A stretch of DNA of 64,000 bases from Trichinella spiralis (taxonomy: Eukaryota): positions 1,980,232 through 2,044,231 of the forward strand of contig NW_003526941.1 in assembly GCF_000181795.1 (NCBI RefSeq). The letters run 5' to 3'. Under the pieces are notes generated by a model, which did no database searches, was not told where the DNA came from, and saw only the letters and a list, made by a program, of their open reading frames with translations. Shown here in pieces: positions 1 through 13,674 of the stretch (its first letter is position 1; each line of letters opens with the position of its first letter). A program made the translations under genes and the position numbers.

Positions 1-992
1 CGTGAAGATTGAAGGTGAAGTCATCTAAAAATAGAAAACAACTGTTTCATAATATATAATAATAACAAAGAAAAACATTAGTTTCCATTCACCATACATG
101 TGAAGTCATGCAAACAGCATGCATAAAATACATGGACCACATTATCAATATGTAACTTACATCTTTCATAATGACAGTTGATATTAAAGAGTAGAATCAT
201 AGTTGAGCACGTGCACGCTTCCATGACGATGCAATGAATGAAGTATTCTGAAAAGTTGTACAATAATAAGCAAATTATGCAAAAGGAGGAAACTTTGCCC
301 ACGGTAAAACAACCTAATTTTCCGTCAATAATAGCTTAATAGCATAAATATAATGATTTAATTAAATGGCTAAAGTTATTACGGTATTGAATCAAATGCA
401 ATAATACACTGTAAAGACGGACATAAAAGTGTAAAATAAATCTAAAAACTGAATACTGCCGAGTGATGAAAAACGAGATTCAGCGATTACATAACTTCGC
501 GTAATAATTAACTGAGGACGTTATCTGACGTTACTGCTATTTATTTCAGTCAAGTGAACAAGTACCTTGCTACTGATAAGGCCAGTTTCAGAAAAAGGTT
601 AATTTCCATATTAGTTTGGGTCGAACAGTGCCAAGTGAACGTTGTATGTTTAATATGTAACTGCACTAAAACTGAACACAAAAGTAAGTATTCCGGAAAA
701 TTACTGAGAAAACTGAAGTTCACCACCTGCCGTCATGAAAATACTCTAAGTTATTGACCATGGAAACTAAAAATTAGTAAACGAGTAGTAAGTAAATTAT
801 GCAAATAGAATATTACTTTACCTTCGGTCAAATAACCTAATTTTCAGTTTGCAATAAGGTATAAATTTCATGCTTGATGAAACAGCATTCCTTGTGGCGA
901 TACCTTTCACATAATATTGCGGAAATTACTAATAATATGCAAATTAGTTTCAATTTTTGTCATATAAAACTTCTTTACTCTCTTCTGACTCT

Positions 993-1055
993 ATAAATAT
1001 AAATATAAATATAAATATAAATAAATATATAAATATTATATATATATATATATAA
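993..1055. repeat. (ATAAAT)n / (TA)n simple repeat
   Basis: Direct reading: tandem ATAAAT units followed by a TA run. Confidence 0.85.
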
Positions 1056-2678
1056 TTAATTCCAACCAAAAAAAGATTTTCACATAAAGCGGTTTGCATA
1101 ACGAACAATGCAAATAAAGCGCTGTTCGATGCAATCTCAACTGAAAACAGAACTGAACTTTAAATTCTCAGGTCATCATATCAACTGAGTGCAGTACTTA
1201 TTTGAAGCATGGTTATAAAAGTCGTTTCACAGTCACTGAGAACAAAATTTGTCGAACAGTATGGTTGAAAGTATTTTAAGAAAAAGATAATAATATTCAT
1301 AATTCAATCGAAACATTAGAATAAGCGTGATTTGATAAAAAATATTCATTTCACGTTGTACGTAAATAACACAATTTTTACAGTAATGCACTTAATACAT
1401 TAAGGAAATTCAGGTAAAGTTGAATAAAATTGAATTTTAATCTTTTTTCATTTGACTCATCATTTTGAACTCTTTTTTGTACAATTAAAATTCGTTGTTG
1501 TTGAAAGATTAACATATTGAATAAAATCTGCAATTTTTGCCTCTAATTTGAATAAAAGACTTCCCACTTTTAATGAGTAATTCAAAATTTTAAGAAGAAA
1601 GTAATACCAGAATTGAGCTTTCATAAAAATGATTCGAAAATTCAACAATTTTCCAAATCAAAATAGCTCCTTTTACTTAATTGCTCAGTTTGCACCACTT
1701 TATTTAATTCATTTCAATAAAAATTAAAATTTCAAAAAAAAGAGTGTTCAAATTCAGAGCCGCTGTAAAACTGAACATTTTCTATCGAAAACTTTCATTT
1801 TCAACAGCTATACTGTACGTGCAGAAGTGTTGTGCAATTTAAGAGTTTTGAAGAATATAAAGCAAAAAATCCACTCAACACAAGAGATGAAAACGAGAAA
1901 GCATTGCATAACGGTGACTGTAAATGAATTTCACTTACTTCGCGACGTATGCTGCTAAAGTATAGTTCACAAATTTGGCAAACAGTACATGCACACTTAT
2001 CATCTTTATCAATATTTTGTTATTCTTTGTAAGAGATGATTATCGTTATGATAGAAAAAAATTACCATTACTTGCTGGTTTATATGAAAACGTATGGAAA
2101 GCTTTAGTTTCAATTGAATGATGAAGAAAAAAAATGAATCGACAATGATATATAAAGTTCGTTGAAAGGGTATTTATTTTTGAAAGTGCAATTTCTGAAA
2201 AAGTGAAAATTGTCTTCGGTGAATGATGTTGTGCAATATTTTTGATTACTGAAAAATTTACTTGAACGACGAAGTTTGTTTGAATGAAACAAGAAAAAAA
2301 ATTCTTTGCAAACTCGCAATTATCGTTTGATTCAGTGAACAGTGCACAAACAGCACAGCAAAAATAGGGGAGTGGAGGGGTGGGGGAGGGGGCACGTCAC
2401 GCAATTGTTTCGTGTTTGTGCAGCTATACGCCAACTTGGCACTCAGCCGGCAAGCATGCCGTAAGTTCATCACATTATCAGTTTCTGTCGATAAAAATTG
2501 AAACTGTTTACCTAAGCAACAATTAAGAAAAATTACCCAATTGACTGACGTAACGCAGTTAAATATTTTCTTCTACTTCCATTCGTTGCTTCAATTGAAC
2601 GAACCTTTCGCACAACTTCCCTCTTCCATCTCTCTCTCCGCTTTCTCTGGTCTTACGTTAATTGCTGCCCCTCAGGCA

Positions 2679-3306
2679 ATGTTTCTGCGCTCGATGAAAC
2701 AACGGTAATTTGCTGTTTATCATTTTCAATAACCATCTTTTTTAAAATCATCCTAATTAATCATTTTCAAAGATCAACACTTTGGTCAATCGTTTTCACA
2801 ATTAGTGGTCTGCTGTTGCTGTGTGTGGGCAGTGTGGCGCTCAGTTTGGGCCACTGGGAACAAGTACCTCTGACATTCTGGATATTTGCTTGTTGCTTGT
2901 TCAATTTTTACCAAAAACAAAGCAAATCTAACAATGCCGATCTGTTTCAGAATTCTGACTTCTGGCCGGTGCTATTTATCAGCATTGTTCTACTGACGTT
3001 CGGTTTGCTTCACTTGTTCAGCGTTAAAGTTCTGCTTCACAGCAACAACGCTGCACTGAAAGCTCCTCAATCACCGTTGGTTGCTGTCGTTGAATACATC
3101 CACGTCAAGCCGCAGCTACTTGAAACGTCAACTCAAAAGCGACCATCATTGACATCAACAACAACGTAAGAGAGCAATGGATTTGATTCCATATTTTAAT
3201 TTTCAACTTTTCGTCACGATATATACAAATATATGCATTCAATTATTCTAGGCTTCCAATTGGATTCCTTCCATCAAAGAATTTCCCTGTTTTTCAAACC
3301 AACTAA
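2679..3306 (+). CDS. Small multi-exon membrane protein with two predicted TM helices, unknown function
   Basis: ATG at 2679 (MFLRSMKQR) and GT-AG introns join in frame to STLWSIVFTISGLLLLCVGSVALSLGHWEQ and NSDFWPVLFISIVLLTFGLLHLFSVKV...STTT. A last exon 3252-3306 gives LPIGFLPSKNFPVFQTN*. An unspliced alternative stops at 3169. No family recognised. Confidence 0.55.
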
Positions 3307-3843
3307 TGTAAATGTAGCTACCAAAATGCTCTCTAATTCCATTACTCTTGTTATTCTTATTCTTATTCTTATTGTTATTATTACATTCACACACACACAC
3401 ACACATACAACACACGCTGAGCAAGTAGGTGAATTTTGATAGATGAGAAATTAATTCACTGAATTCTCAAATTTGTCGGTGCTTAACCAAGTCGCGTTTA
3501 TTTTTATAGCACGTATGCATTTTCTTCACCATAAAATGCATCATGTAAATAAGAACGAATAATAATAATAGTACAGCGCCGAATTCAGCGACGATCATCC
3601 TTTGCATGTAATGTTCATTATAAATTTTTACATATTAAAAAAAACGACTTACGTGGAACTTATCTGGTTGGCAAAAACAGTAGCACATTTCCATACAACT
3701 GGCCAACAAGCTCCACTGATCACGGTGCAAATAAACAAAAACAAATACCTTTTTTATAAAACAAATGAGGTAACAAAACCTCAAAAAGGAAAAATGAGGT
3801 CGAATAAATATATCATTTATACTTCAATGGTAGAGTTTGTCGT

Positions 3844-6800
3844 TCACTGGAAGCGAGCCTTTTTCGTCGGTGTTGAATTTAAATCTAAATCTTGCTCGCT
3901 CGAACTGGAAGATTCCACCGAATCATCATGCTTTGCCTCCTCAGTCGTCGCCGCACTGCCGGAATCAATACCCTTAAATTGGTCACGGTCATGCTGATGC
4001 TGATGATCCATCTCCTCATCAGAATCTGAATCATTGTAATCCACCAAAGCCTAGGAATGAAAAACGGTAGGGAAATGAAAATTATCAAAAGTTCATCAAA
4101 AAATTCTTCAACAGAGAAATTTTAAAAATTGGAGGAGTTGAAAGAAAACAAGCAAGTGCCTGAAATTTCACCTAGGCTTTGTACAAACAAAACTCACAGC
4201 TACTGCTGCCGTAAGTGAATGAGACAGTTGAGGGGTTAGAAAGAAAGAAAGAAAATTTTTACTCTAACCGCTGCGACAGTTTCTTTGTGAACATTTTCAC
4301 CAGCATTCAAACGTGCTGCCAAAGAAGACGAGTGAATGACAATTTTGTGGGGCTTTGGCTTTGGTTTCACTGGGCCGAAAAAGATACCGTCGTCGTCGTC
4401 GTCGTCATCTGTAAAATATATGATACACACACAAGATACACAAACTCAGCAAACAGTGGTAAAGCATAACACAAATAGTAAACATTAGAAATTTGCAAAA
4501 TATACCACAGGGTCGAAGCGGTGGCAAATTCACTTCGGAACCGTTGTCAACCGAGTAAGCAGTGCTGCTAGCAGCATTTGCGCCGGGCGACTGGGTCACC
4601 GTAAAGCCTTCGGAAGACTTGGAACCAATCGGATAAGAAATCACAGAACTACGCGGCTGTTCCGCATTGAGCGTTCCACCGTTGCTATTCCACTCATCCT
4701 TATGAAAAATAAATTAATTCCCATTTTCACAAAACAAAAATACCACCGTCGCCTGCCTACCTCATCATCGTCATTCAACCATTGTTCTTCTTCGTCCAAT
4801 TCCCGTGAATTTCGAATACGCCTCCAAGAAGCACTGTCTGTCAACGATCCACTTCTGGAAAAATATCAATTCATTAATTAAAATTTTCACTTCCGCTTCA
4901 GTAACTTACGATGAATGACTACTGCTTTTCATTGACAAAGAGTCTTGCTGTTCGTAACGTCGCTTCAAACCTTGGAACGTATTCACGTATGTCACATCTT
5001 CGAAATGTTCCATGTAATTTTCCACAAAGTGCAAGCATAATATACGCACGTTTTCCTGAAATTCAATTCAATTCAATTCAATTTTCCTTTCATACAACAA
5101 CTGCTATTTGCTTCTTATTCGTACTAATCAACATTACCGTGCGAATAAATTCGAACAACTCTATCAGAGCAGAATTCAAAACATTGTACTTTGATCCGTT
5201 TGCAATAAAGCATTTTACAACAGGATCAAACAAACGATGCCGAATAATGTGCCTGTTGTAGAAATCATCCCTGTGATGTACAATTTTTCGAAAAAATCGC
5301 AAAGCACCTGATATATAAATTGAAAACTACTCATTTGAAATTTGAACAGCAAAAAGAAAGACAAATATTCATCCTACTAAGCTTTAAAAACATATGTCGT
5401 GATTGCAAAAAGACCAAAATTTTTGCAACTAAATCTCGGCTCAGCACCAAACTTCTAACGTGGTAGCTGTGGTGTTCAATACAAAACGTCAATAGCTCCA
5501 AATATACGTTCGTCAAATTAGCATTGCGGTAACTATCTAAACCGAACATTCCATTACAGACAATCAAACAAATATACAAAACCGTACCTTTGATCAATTT
5601 GTTACCGTTAATGGAGGGGAAAAAACGAGCAAAAATCTGCGGCACGCAGCATCTGTAAAAAAGGCTCAAAAATTCGTGTTTGTCGTTGCGCTAAATATTT
5701 GCAAAATTAAAAATCACTGAAAAACTGATGGAAAAGTACGCTGAAAATAGACAAGTACTTGTTGTGCAGTAGCAGTAGGCATTGTTTCCGGGTCGATTAA
5801 ATTTTTAAGAACAACATACGCATGCATTGTAGTTACCAAATCTGGATCTGGATCGCGGTTCATCAGATCGATCACCAAATTAAGAAACAGCTTTTCCTAA
5901 AGCCAAAAAATATGCACAAACGGCATACAATGCAAAATAGCAAATTATTTTTCTCATCGATAAGGCTCTTCTCACTAATAAGACAATCAGAAACGAAAAT
6001 ATGCCCACAATACAAAGCATCATACTTCAGTTGCACTAGATTCTATTACGCAATAATTGCGTACAGCAGGAGCATCGAAATCAACAATCAAGTTCAAAAT
6101 ATCCACTGCCATGGAACGAACTACAGAATCGTCGCACTGGAAGAAAAATTCCAACGCATCCAAAATTCCATTATTCATTAGAGTCTAAAAGAATATCCAT
6201 TTTAAAATACAGTGCCAAGTAAAAAATGTCACATATTCCCAAGTGAAAAATTTAATAACACAATAGTTACCGAAAAACACCTGTACCTCCAAGGATGAAA
6301 ATTACAATAAATTGAAAAATAAACCAAATAATCAATAAAATATACTGTCACATATATAAAGCAAGAAAGGAAGCATTAAAATATGTATCCTTTACGAGAG
6401 ATTTTTTTTCAATTACGATAATTAATATGAAATGATAGATAGCATCTGCGCGTTTGGATCACAGTTCGTGCTCAATTTACATCTGCAAATTTTTACAACT
6501 AAAAAAGAATGGATACCATATGATGTACTGTACTCAACTAAAACTCAGTTAAAAAGGCTTGAAAAAGAAAGTATTACTGCAGTATTGCATAAAATAAGAA
6601 ACCCATAGCATACTCTGAAAAATGATTCCCGATGAACAGCTTGCAAAAGTGGCGAATAGGAACAAAATTCTTTCAGCAGACCTATCACATTTTGAAACTC
6701 TTCTACCGTAGCTTCCTTTTTCTTAATCAAAGCGAACAACGTTGCAAGAAAAGTCTTGTCTTCCTGAAATGATCGAATAATTGGTAGCTTCATAAAAGTT

Positions 6801-8698
6801 TTAAAAAACATCAACAAAAAATCAAAAATTCACTACCTGAAGCATGTTGATAATTTCCACTCGAGTAAAAAATATGAAAGATGAAAGTGTGGATAAAACA
6901 TTTTCTTCAAATATTGACGGGGCCGGAAAAATAAAATCATAAATGTACTGAACGCGATAAACTTGATGAATTTTCGAAAGTAGTGGAACACTGTTAATCG
7001 GCACCACTTCCTTGAATTTTGCTTGTTCCCAGAGAAATTCTCGATGCTTTCGCCTTGTCTGCATTGTCGGATCGTATTCCAAAATGCCAATGACATCGAA
7101 CAGAAACTGCTCAGAAAGAAGCGTCTCAAACAATGGTGGTTTGTTCAGAAAAAAAATGTTCTTGAAAATGCGATACAACAAATGCAAAGATTCTAAATCT
7201 TCCAAATCTTCAACCATGTGGAATAATTTGATTAACTTTGGTATATATCTACAAAACAACACAAACATTCGACGAAATAACAATAAAATTGCATATACAT
7301 ACTGTTGACCGTCAATCGCGAATGCTAATGCATCACGGCGGCTCACTGCAGAAAAAGATGCAGCAATGACATCATTAATCTCTTTCAAATGAAGCAAATC
7401 ACAGGGTGGTAACTGTAAAGTTGGCGAATTTACAGTATTCAAAGCACCATTTTCTACACTATCTTCATCGGATCCTGAATCCTGTGTCGTGTCGTCACTA
7501 CTTTCTTGCGCTGGATCACGACCTTGCGCCTAAATTAATTTTACATTTTAAACTGAAAATTATTCTTCCCCATTACCCCGCAAATTCCTCTCCAGACTTC
7601 ATCGCATCCCTGCTTTTCCTGAAAGCTTAAAGCAAAATCGCTGTTGTCCGCTTCGGTCCAAACAATAAGTGTTTCCTAAAGCGTAATACAGAAAATAACT
7701 ATAATAAAAATATGCAATTTAAACACTTTCACATTACTTGTTGCTTCTGGTAGGCAGTCTCATTCAGGATTTTGCTTTCAAGTAAAATGGACCCTGATAC
7801 ATTTAAAAAGTTTAAATTTGTTAAATTAGTAAAGATACAGTTGTAACATTTTATAATATTTTCAATGAAAGGAACTTTTAATCTTTATCAATAAGTAGAC
7901 AAACGTACGCAAGTAGACAAAATTTTAAACTACAAAATTCTTCTTTACAACAGAAAGCTCATACTCATACTCATACAACAGGAAGCTCATAAGCTCTGAT
8001 AATTCGAAACGAAGAAAATCTCACATCCTGTGGGAACTCAAAAAACAACTTCATAATATATACCATCAAAATTTATGGTAGCGGTAACTGGTTAGAAAAC
8101 CTGAGAATAAAATTTTGTTAATGCTACTGAACATCTTTCATAGACAATATCATACATTTTTGCCTCATTATCAATAAAGAATTCAATAAAAATGTCCATA
8201 AATTATTAAAACTTAAAACGATATCAAACAATTAATATGAGATACGAAAAAATATCTTGCAAAATTATCAGAAATATAAATATAAACAAATCTGTATTAG
8301 AAACTACAACTATAGGATTTACTACAACTTTTAATGCTATGAAATGGTTGTTAATCAATTTCAAACTTTAAAATATTAGTAAAAAAAAGTTTTTTTTTCG
8401 AAGTACCGTCTTGCTCTGAACGAACAGTTAAAGTATGAGATTGAAGGCGTTCATTGAAAACACAAGTTACATGGCCCGTGCCTTTGTCATCCCAAACTCG
8501 CTTTTCATTCAAAACGTACAGCTTCACACGGTGACTAGGATCCTACAAATGTGAATTTCACTCAAATTTAAAACCAAAAAATGTGTCTTTTAACGCAAAT
8601 GAGCATACGAACAGCTGTGCATGTAATTTAAAAAAATATACTGGTGAAAAACCACAAACCTTATCATTGCATTTGTCGTCAACCAATGGTTCAGACAT
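3844..8698 (-). CDS. smk-1: Serine/threonine protein phosphatase 4 regulatory subunit 3 (SMEK/SMK-1), multi-exon
   Basis: ATG at 8698 ([13 protein letters not shown]). The exon at ~8407-8543 encodes the EVH1-like [22 protein letters not shown]. The SMK-1 domain includes [17 protein letters not shown]...[10 protein letters not shown], and further matches are [34 protein letters not shown] and the C-terminal [12 protein letters not shown]. Stop at 3844. Confidence 0.93.
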
Positions 8699-10183
8699 TC
8701 CCACGCAGCAGCTAGACGTATCAACAAAGGCTAAACAGGCAAAAACATATCAATTAACAACATGCAGTCTACTAAATTTAGAAACCTTCGGCGTTAATAC
8801 ATAAACCTAACGGATACGCTTTAAATAAAGCTCACTTTAAAATAAACAGCATGAAACGAAACAGTTTTCGAATACTGTATTTGCGAAGGACGATACAGAA
8901 TGCTGTAGCCTGAAAATCAAGTAACATTACTGGTATTGAAAATCATTGCAAAGTTTCAATAATAAAGTAATATAACAATTTTTAAAATAATTCATAAAAT
9001 TACAATAAGGCTAATTTTAAACTTATTTCATGTATTTCTTTACCTACTTGTAGAAAGTTAGTTTGAATTAATTTACGGAAAAATTATCCTGCAGATCATT
9101 ATAATTTGTGTGAATTCAAATTAAAAATTTTATTTGTTTTTGTAGGGGCTTTTCAGTTTGCTCCAAACAGCAGAAAAAATGACTTTAATTCCAATAGTTG
9201 CATTATTGCATCACGTAGCGTTGTTCAGTCATTGCATTAAATTTCAAGTTGAATTTCAATTTAGGATCTTTCAAATAACAAAATTAAAAATTTATTTCTA
9301 AATTATTAAGTGATGTATTGCATTTTGATAAGATATTTTATACGTCGCAGTTTTCAAACCAATACACAAGGTATGTTATATTATTCTGAAAAGTAACGGT
9401 TATTAACTGATAATTGGAAATAGAAAAAATAAAACACTACTGACACATGGCCAAACATAACCTAGAGCTACAGCAGTGCAACTAATACTACTGTAGAATC
9501 CTTATTCAAATTGAAACTTTATTATACTATTCCTTGACTATAAAAAAATACTATATAAACTGAAATAAAATATAACCATAAAGCATTACTTCAATGTATC
9601 AGCATCATTTTTGTAAGAAAATAATAAAAAATAATTATAGTAACAGTTCAAGTGTAGTACAGTATGATGACTAAAAATGTAAAATATACAGTAGCATTAT
9701 CATTTGTGTAAATTCAAAATATCCATTAAATGTTTTTCAATGTTGAAAAAATATATTTAATTTTTGATAAAATTAAAAATTTTGCTTTTACAATTATTAA
9801 TACCTACACATTTCTACAGTATGAAATAACCTACTGCTCAGGTTTTAAGGAAATTGGCTGATGTTTTGAAGTATAAAAGATATTTGTTTAAATTTTTTAT
9901 GTGATGAAACAGTTGAATAGCTATTAAACTTTGTTCTACAGCTGATCGAATATTGTTTCATCTTGCTTTTCTTTTTATGCTGTAGTTCCAATCTCAGGAT
10001 TTCCAATTCAGAATTACTTTTCTATGGGTAGTGCTATCGCAAAAAAGAAATATCTTTTATACTGAATTATGTGTTATACTTCTGTTGAATTTTTTCAAAT
10101 GAAATAAGGTTATATGTTGCAGCTTGACAGTCGATTTGTTGGAACGTTGAGGTCGAGAAAAGCGTAGAAATCTTCATTCGCCC

Positions 10184-13100
10184 ATGACCACTCCTGCGTC
10201 GAATGCATCTTCATCGAATGCCAACGCGACCAACAACAAACTTTCAGCTCCCTCGTCACCCACGTCGGACAAAGTGGATCCTTTCGTCCGGCGTGGTAGC
10301 TTGAAACGAAAGCAGAAAAAGTTGCAGGGCTCTTCGCGGTATAAGTTGAACGGGGAAAATGAATTGGAACAACTTCCACTGCTGAAAGGTATTGTGTTGT
10401 ATAAAATTTATTTTTGTTTTTCATTAGCGTTGGCTAAATTTCCTTTTTGGAAATGTTAAGGTGAAGTTGGATAGGTATTACTTCTGTTTTCTTTTCAGAC
10501 GCCTCTCCGGATACTCTGATTGATTTGTTTATTAGTAAAATTCGTCAGTGTCAAGTTATTTTCGACTTCGTTGATCCGGTTAGCAGTTTGAAGAGCAAAG
10601 AGGTGAAGAGGATCACGTTGACCGAAATGATCGACTTTATCGGTTGTAGCAAAGGCATTCTTACAGAACCACTTTATCCAGAAGTGGTGACCATGGTACG
10701 TGCGATTTCTCATATATATATATATATATTTGTGTATGTTTTTTTCACTTTTGATAATTTGCTGAAACAAATTAATTTCTTCCCGCTTTCTCAACGCTAA
10801 TAACATTTTCTTTGTTTTGCTGTTGTTTTTCTTTTTGCGAAAAGAAAGCGAGTGCTTGTGTGAAATCGATCTTCATTTAACATTTTCCAAGCGTATGCTT
10901 GTCGTATTTTCCTGCTCGTCGCCTTCTATTTTTTTTATTCGCTTCTTATTATTATTTTCCCCCTCTTAATCCCACTGATGCGAGACGCCTGTTGAACCGC
11001 CTAGTTATCACCATGTTCGATGTTTCGACCGTGTGTCTAAGGGCTGCGTCATGATGACGTGTGCCACAAGACGGAAACCTTATCGATTCCAACTGGAAAA
11101 GCGCACCAGGCACTTACAACCGCGCGTGCTTCTACTGCTTGACGAATATAATTTTCTTTGATCATTCCCTACCTCTTCCCTCTTTCGGAAAAAGAAGATA
11201 AGTAATGATAGAAGAGAAGTAATATGTAATGTGATGATTGGTGATTCTCGTTTTAGTTAACAACGTTTTGCCTGTTCGAAAAGTTTCACAGTATATGGTT
11301 CAAGCGCAGTAGTTGAAATAAGTAAAAATTCTGACAATAAATTTAAATTATAATTTCTCAACACCTCTAAACAGCGGTCGTATTGAACAACACTTGGAAT
11401 GCGTATAATTAATTGGAAGTGAAAAGTTGTTGTTGCTCATGCAATTTTGACCTAATTTGTGTGAACAAATGAAATATGGATTGAACGCATCAAATTCATT
11501 TGTAATTTAACCCGACCGAGGATTTTTCAAATCAATTAATGTATAATATTGCTTCGTACAAATAGTAGGCATAATGCAGCCAAGAACACACTTCAAATGA
11601 ATTACTGTAATTTGCGTTGATATTTTAAACAAGAGATTAAATTACACACTTGTCGTATTCCTTGATTTTAAAATTGAAGCCTTCATTTTTGATTAACGTG
11701 TTATTTCCATTGATGAGCAATAGATGACTGACTGTTAGGCTGAGATTTGAAACTTATTTTCAAGAAGAAGAAGAAGAAGAAGAGCACTTTTTCGAGTAGT
11801 AATTATGAAATATTGTTTTGCCTTGCAGGTTGCTTCGAATATTTTTCGAACCTTGCCTCCGAAAGATAACCCCGACTTTGATCCCGAAGAAGACGAACCA
11901 TTGTTAGAAGCAGCGTGGCCTCATCTGCAGGTACATCATCATCAATAGAAATCGGCTGTTCTTTTATTTTCAGTGGAAATTTTATTTTTAGCTAATTTAT
12001 GAATTCTTTTTGCGTTTTCTCGAATCGCCAGATTTTCAGCCCGCTGTTGGCAAACGTTACATTGATCAGCGGTTTGTACTGAAGGTATAGAATATACAGA
12101 ATTCAATTAAGTAAAAATAAAATGAACAAACAAAGGATATACATCTGTTGTTTTTTAGCTCCTTGATCTGTTTGACTCGGAAGATCCTCGGGAACGGGAC
12201 AGTTTGAAAACCGTTCTGCACCGAATATATGGTAAAATTCTAGGTTTGAGAGCTTTCATTCGCCGGCAGATCAATCACATCTTTTTGAGGTTAGAAGTTA
12301 TTTCCATATATTTTGAAAAATATCTACCTACTCAATATGAATTTAGATTTATCTACGAAACTGAACAGTTCAATGGGGTTGGAGAATTGTTAGAAATTTT
12401 AGGAAGGTAAAAACATCGAAATTTAATATGTGCATTGACAAGGCTTATTTATTTATCTATTCTAATTCTAATGATAGCATTATCAATGGTTTTGCATTAC
12501 CGCTCAAAGCTGAACACAAGGTTTTCTTGGAAAAAGTGCTGTTGCCATTGCACAAACCGAAATGCTTTAATTTATATCATGCTCAGGTGATTGACATTTC
12601 CAACTGCTTATAGTGGTCAGTCTTGATTTCAGTGAATAATTAATTAATTTCATTGTTCAATTAGTTGGCTTACTGCATTGTGCAGTTTATTGAAAAGGAT
12701 CCATCGTTGACAGAAAAAGTGATAACCGCCCTGATAAAATACTGGCCGAAAACATGTAGTCAAAAAGAAGTACTTACTCTGAAATAGTTGATGATAATTG
12801 TTGAATCAAACATGTTTGATATGTGTTTTGATTTTATTTTGTTCAGGTGATGTTTTTAAACGAAATTGAAGAAATTTTGGACATCATTGAGCCAGATCAA
12901 TTTAAAATTATCATGCAGCCATTGTTTCGCCAATTTGCCAAATGTGTTTCGAGTTCGCATTTTCAGGTATTATTTGAAAAAGTTAATTTGAAATACTTTT
13001 CAGTTGATAATATATGTGATGCATTTAATAATATACATACCGTATAGTAAGATGAAGTTCTACTTTGTGTACAGGTAGCCGATCGAGCGTTGTATTTGTG

Positions 13101-13674
13101 GAATAATGAATACATAATTTCATTAATCGAAGACAACAGCGAAGTGATCATGCCGATTATGTATCAGCCGCTTTATTTGATCGCCAAAGAGCACTGGAAC
13201 TCTGCCACAGTTAGTTTGGTGTATCGCGTGCTGAAGTCGTTTGTGGAAATGAATCCCGCTTTGTTTGAAGAGCTTACTTCGAGTTTTAAAGCGGAAAGGC
13301 AAAAGTAAATTGAAAAGCAGAATATAATAATCATAATAATAGTGATAAGCTATCGGTTTTGAAATGAAATTCTCACTCACTCACTGATGTGTGGTGGTTT
13401 AAGGGAGAAAAAGAAAGAAAAGGAACGAGACGAACTGTGGAAACAGCTTGAAGCTCTGTGCTCCAGACAGAGGCATGTCGATGGTAAGCGGCCGTCAGCT
13501 TGCGACGGGGCCAGTTCGGCGACGGGTGCTAATGTCAATGCTGCTGGACGTATGGATAAAGGAAATGGACCCCAGTCAGCGTCATCGGAAACAGCCGAAT
13601 GTTCGAATCCAATTCCAGAGTTGAACATGCTGACGGTGGATTCGTCTCCAATGTCGAAAAAGAAAAAACCCTGA
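10184..13674 (+). CDS. pptr-1: PP2A 56 kDa regulatory subunit B' (B56 alpha/beta/epsilon class, PPTR-1/Widerborst-like), ~11 exons
   Basis: Hallmark motifs QGSSRY...[105 protein letters not shown] and EHWN. The short PKDNPDFDP loop matches the alpha/epsilon class rather than gamma/delta. Confidence 0.93.
11762..11783. repeat. (AAG)n microsatellite in a pptr-1 intron
   Basis: About 7 AAG units. Confidence 0.85.

Noticed and set aside
1..40. Possible minus-strand exon start (ttttag|ATGACTTCACCTTCAATC) running off the window
   Set aside because: Only 24 nt are visible, too little to call a gene.
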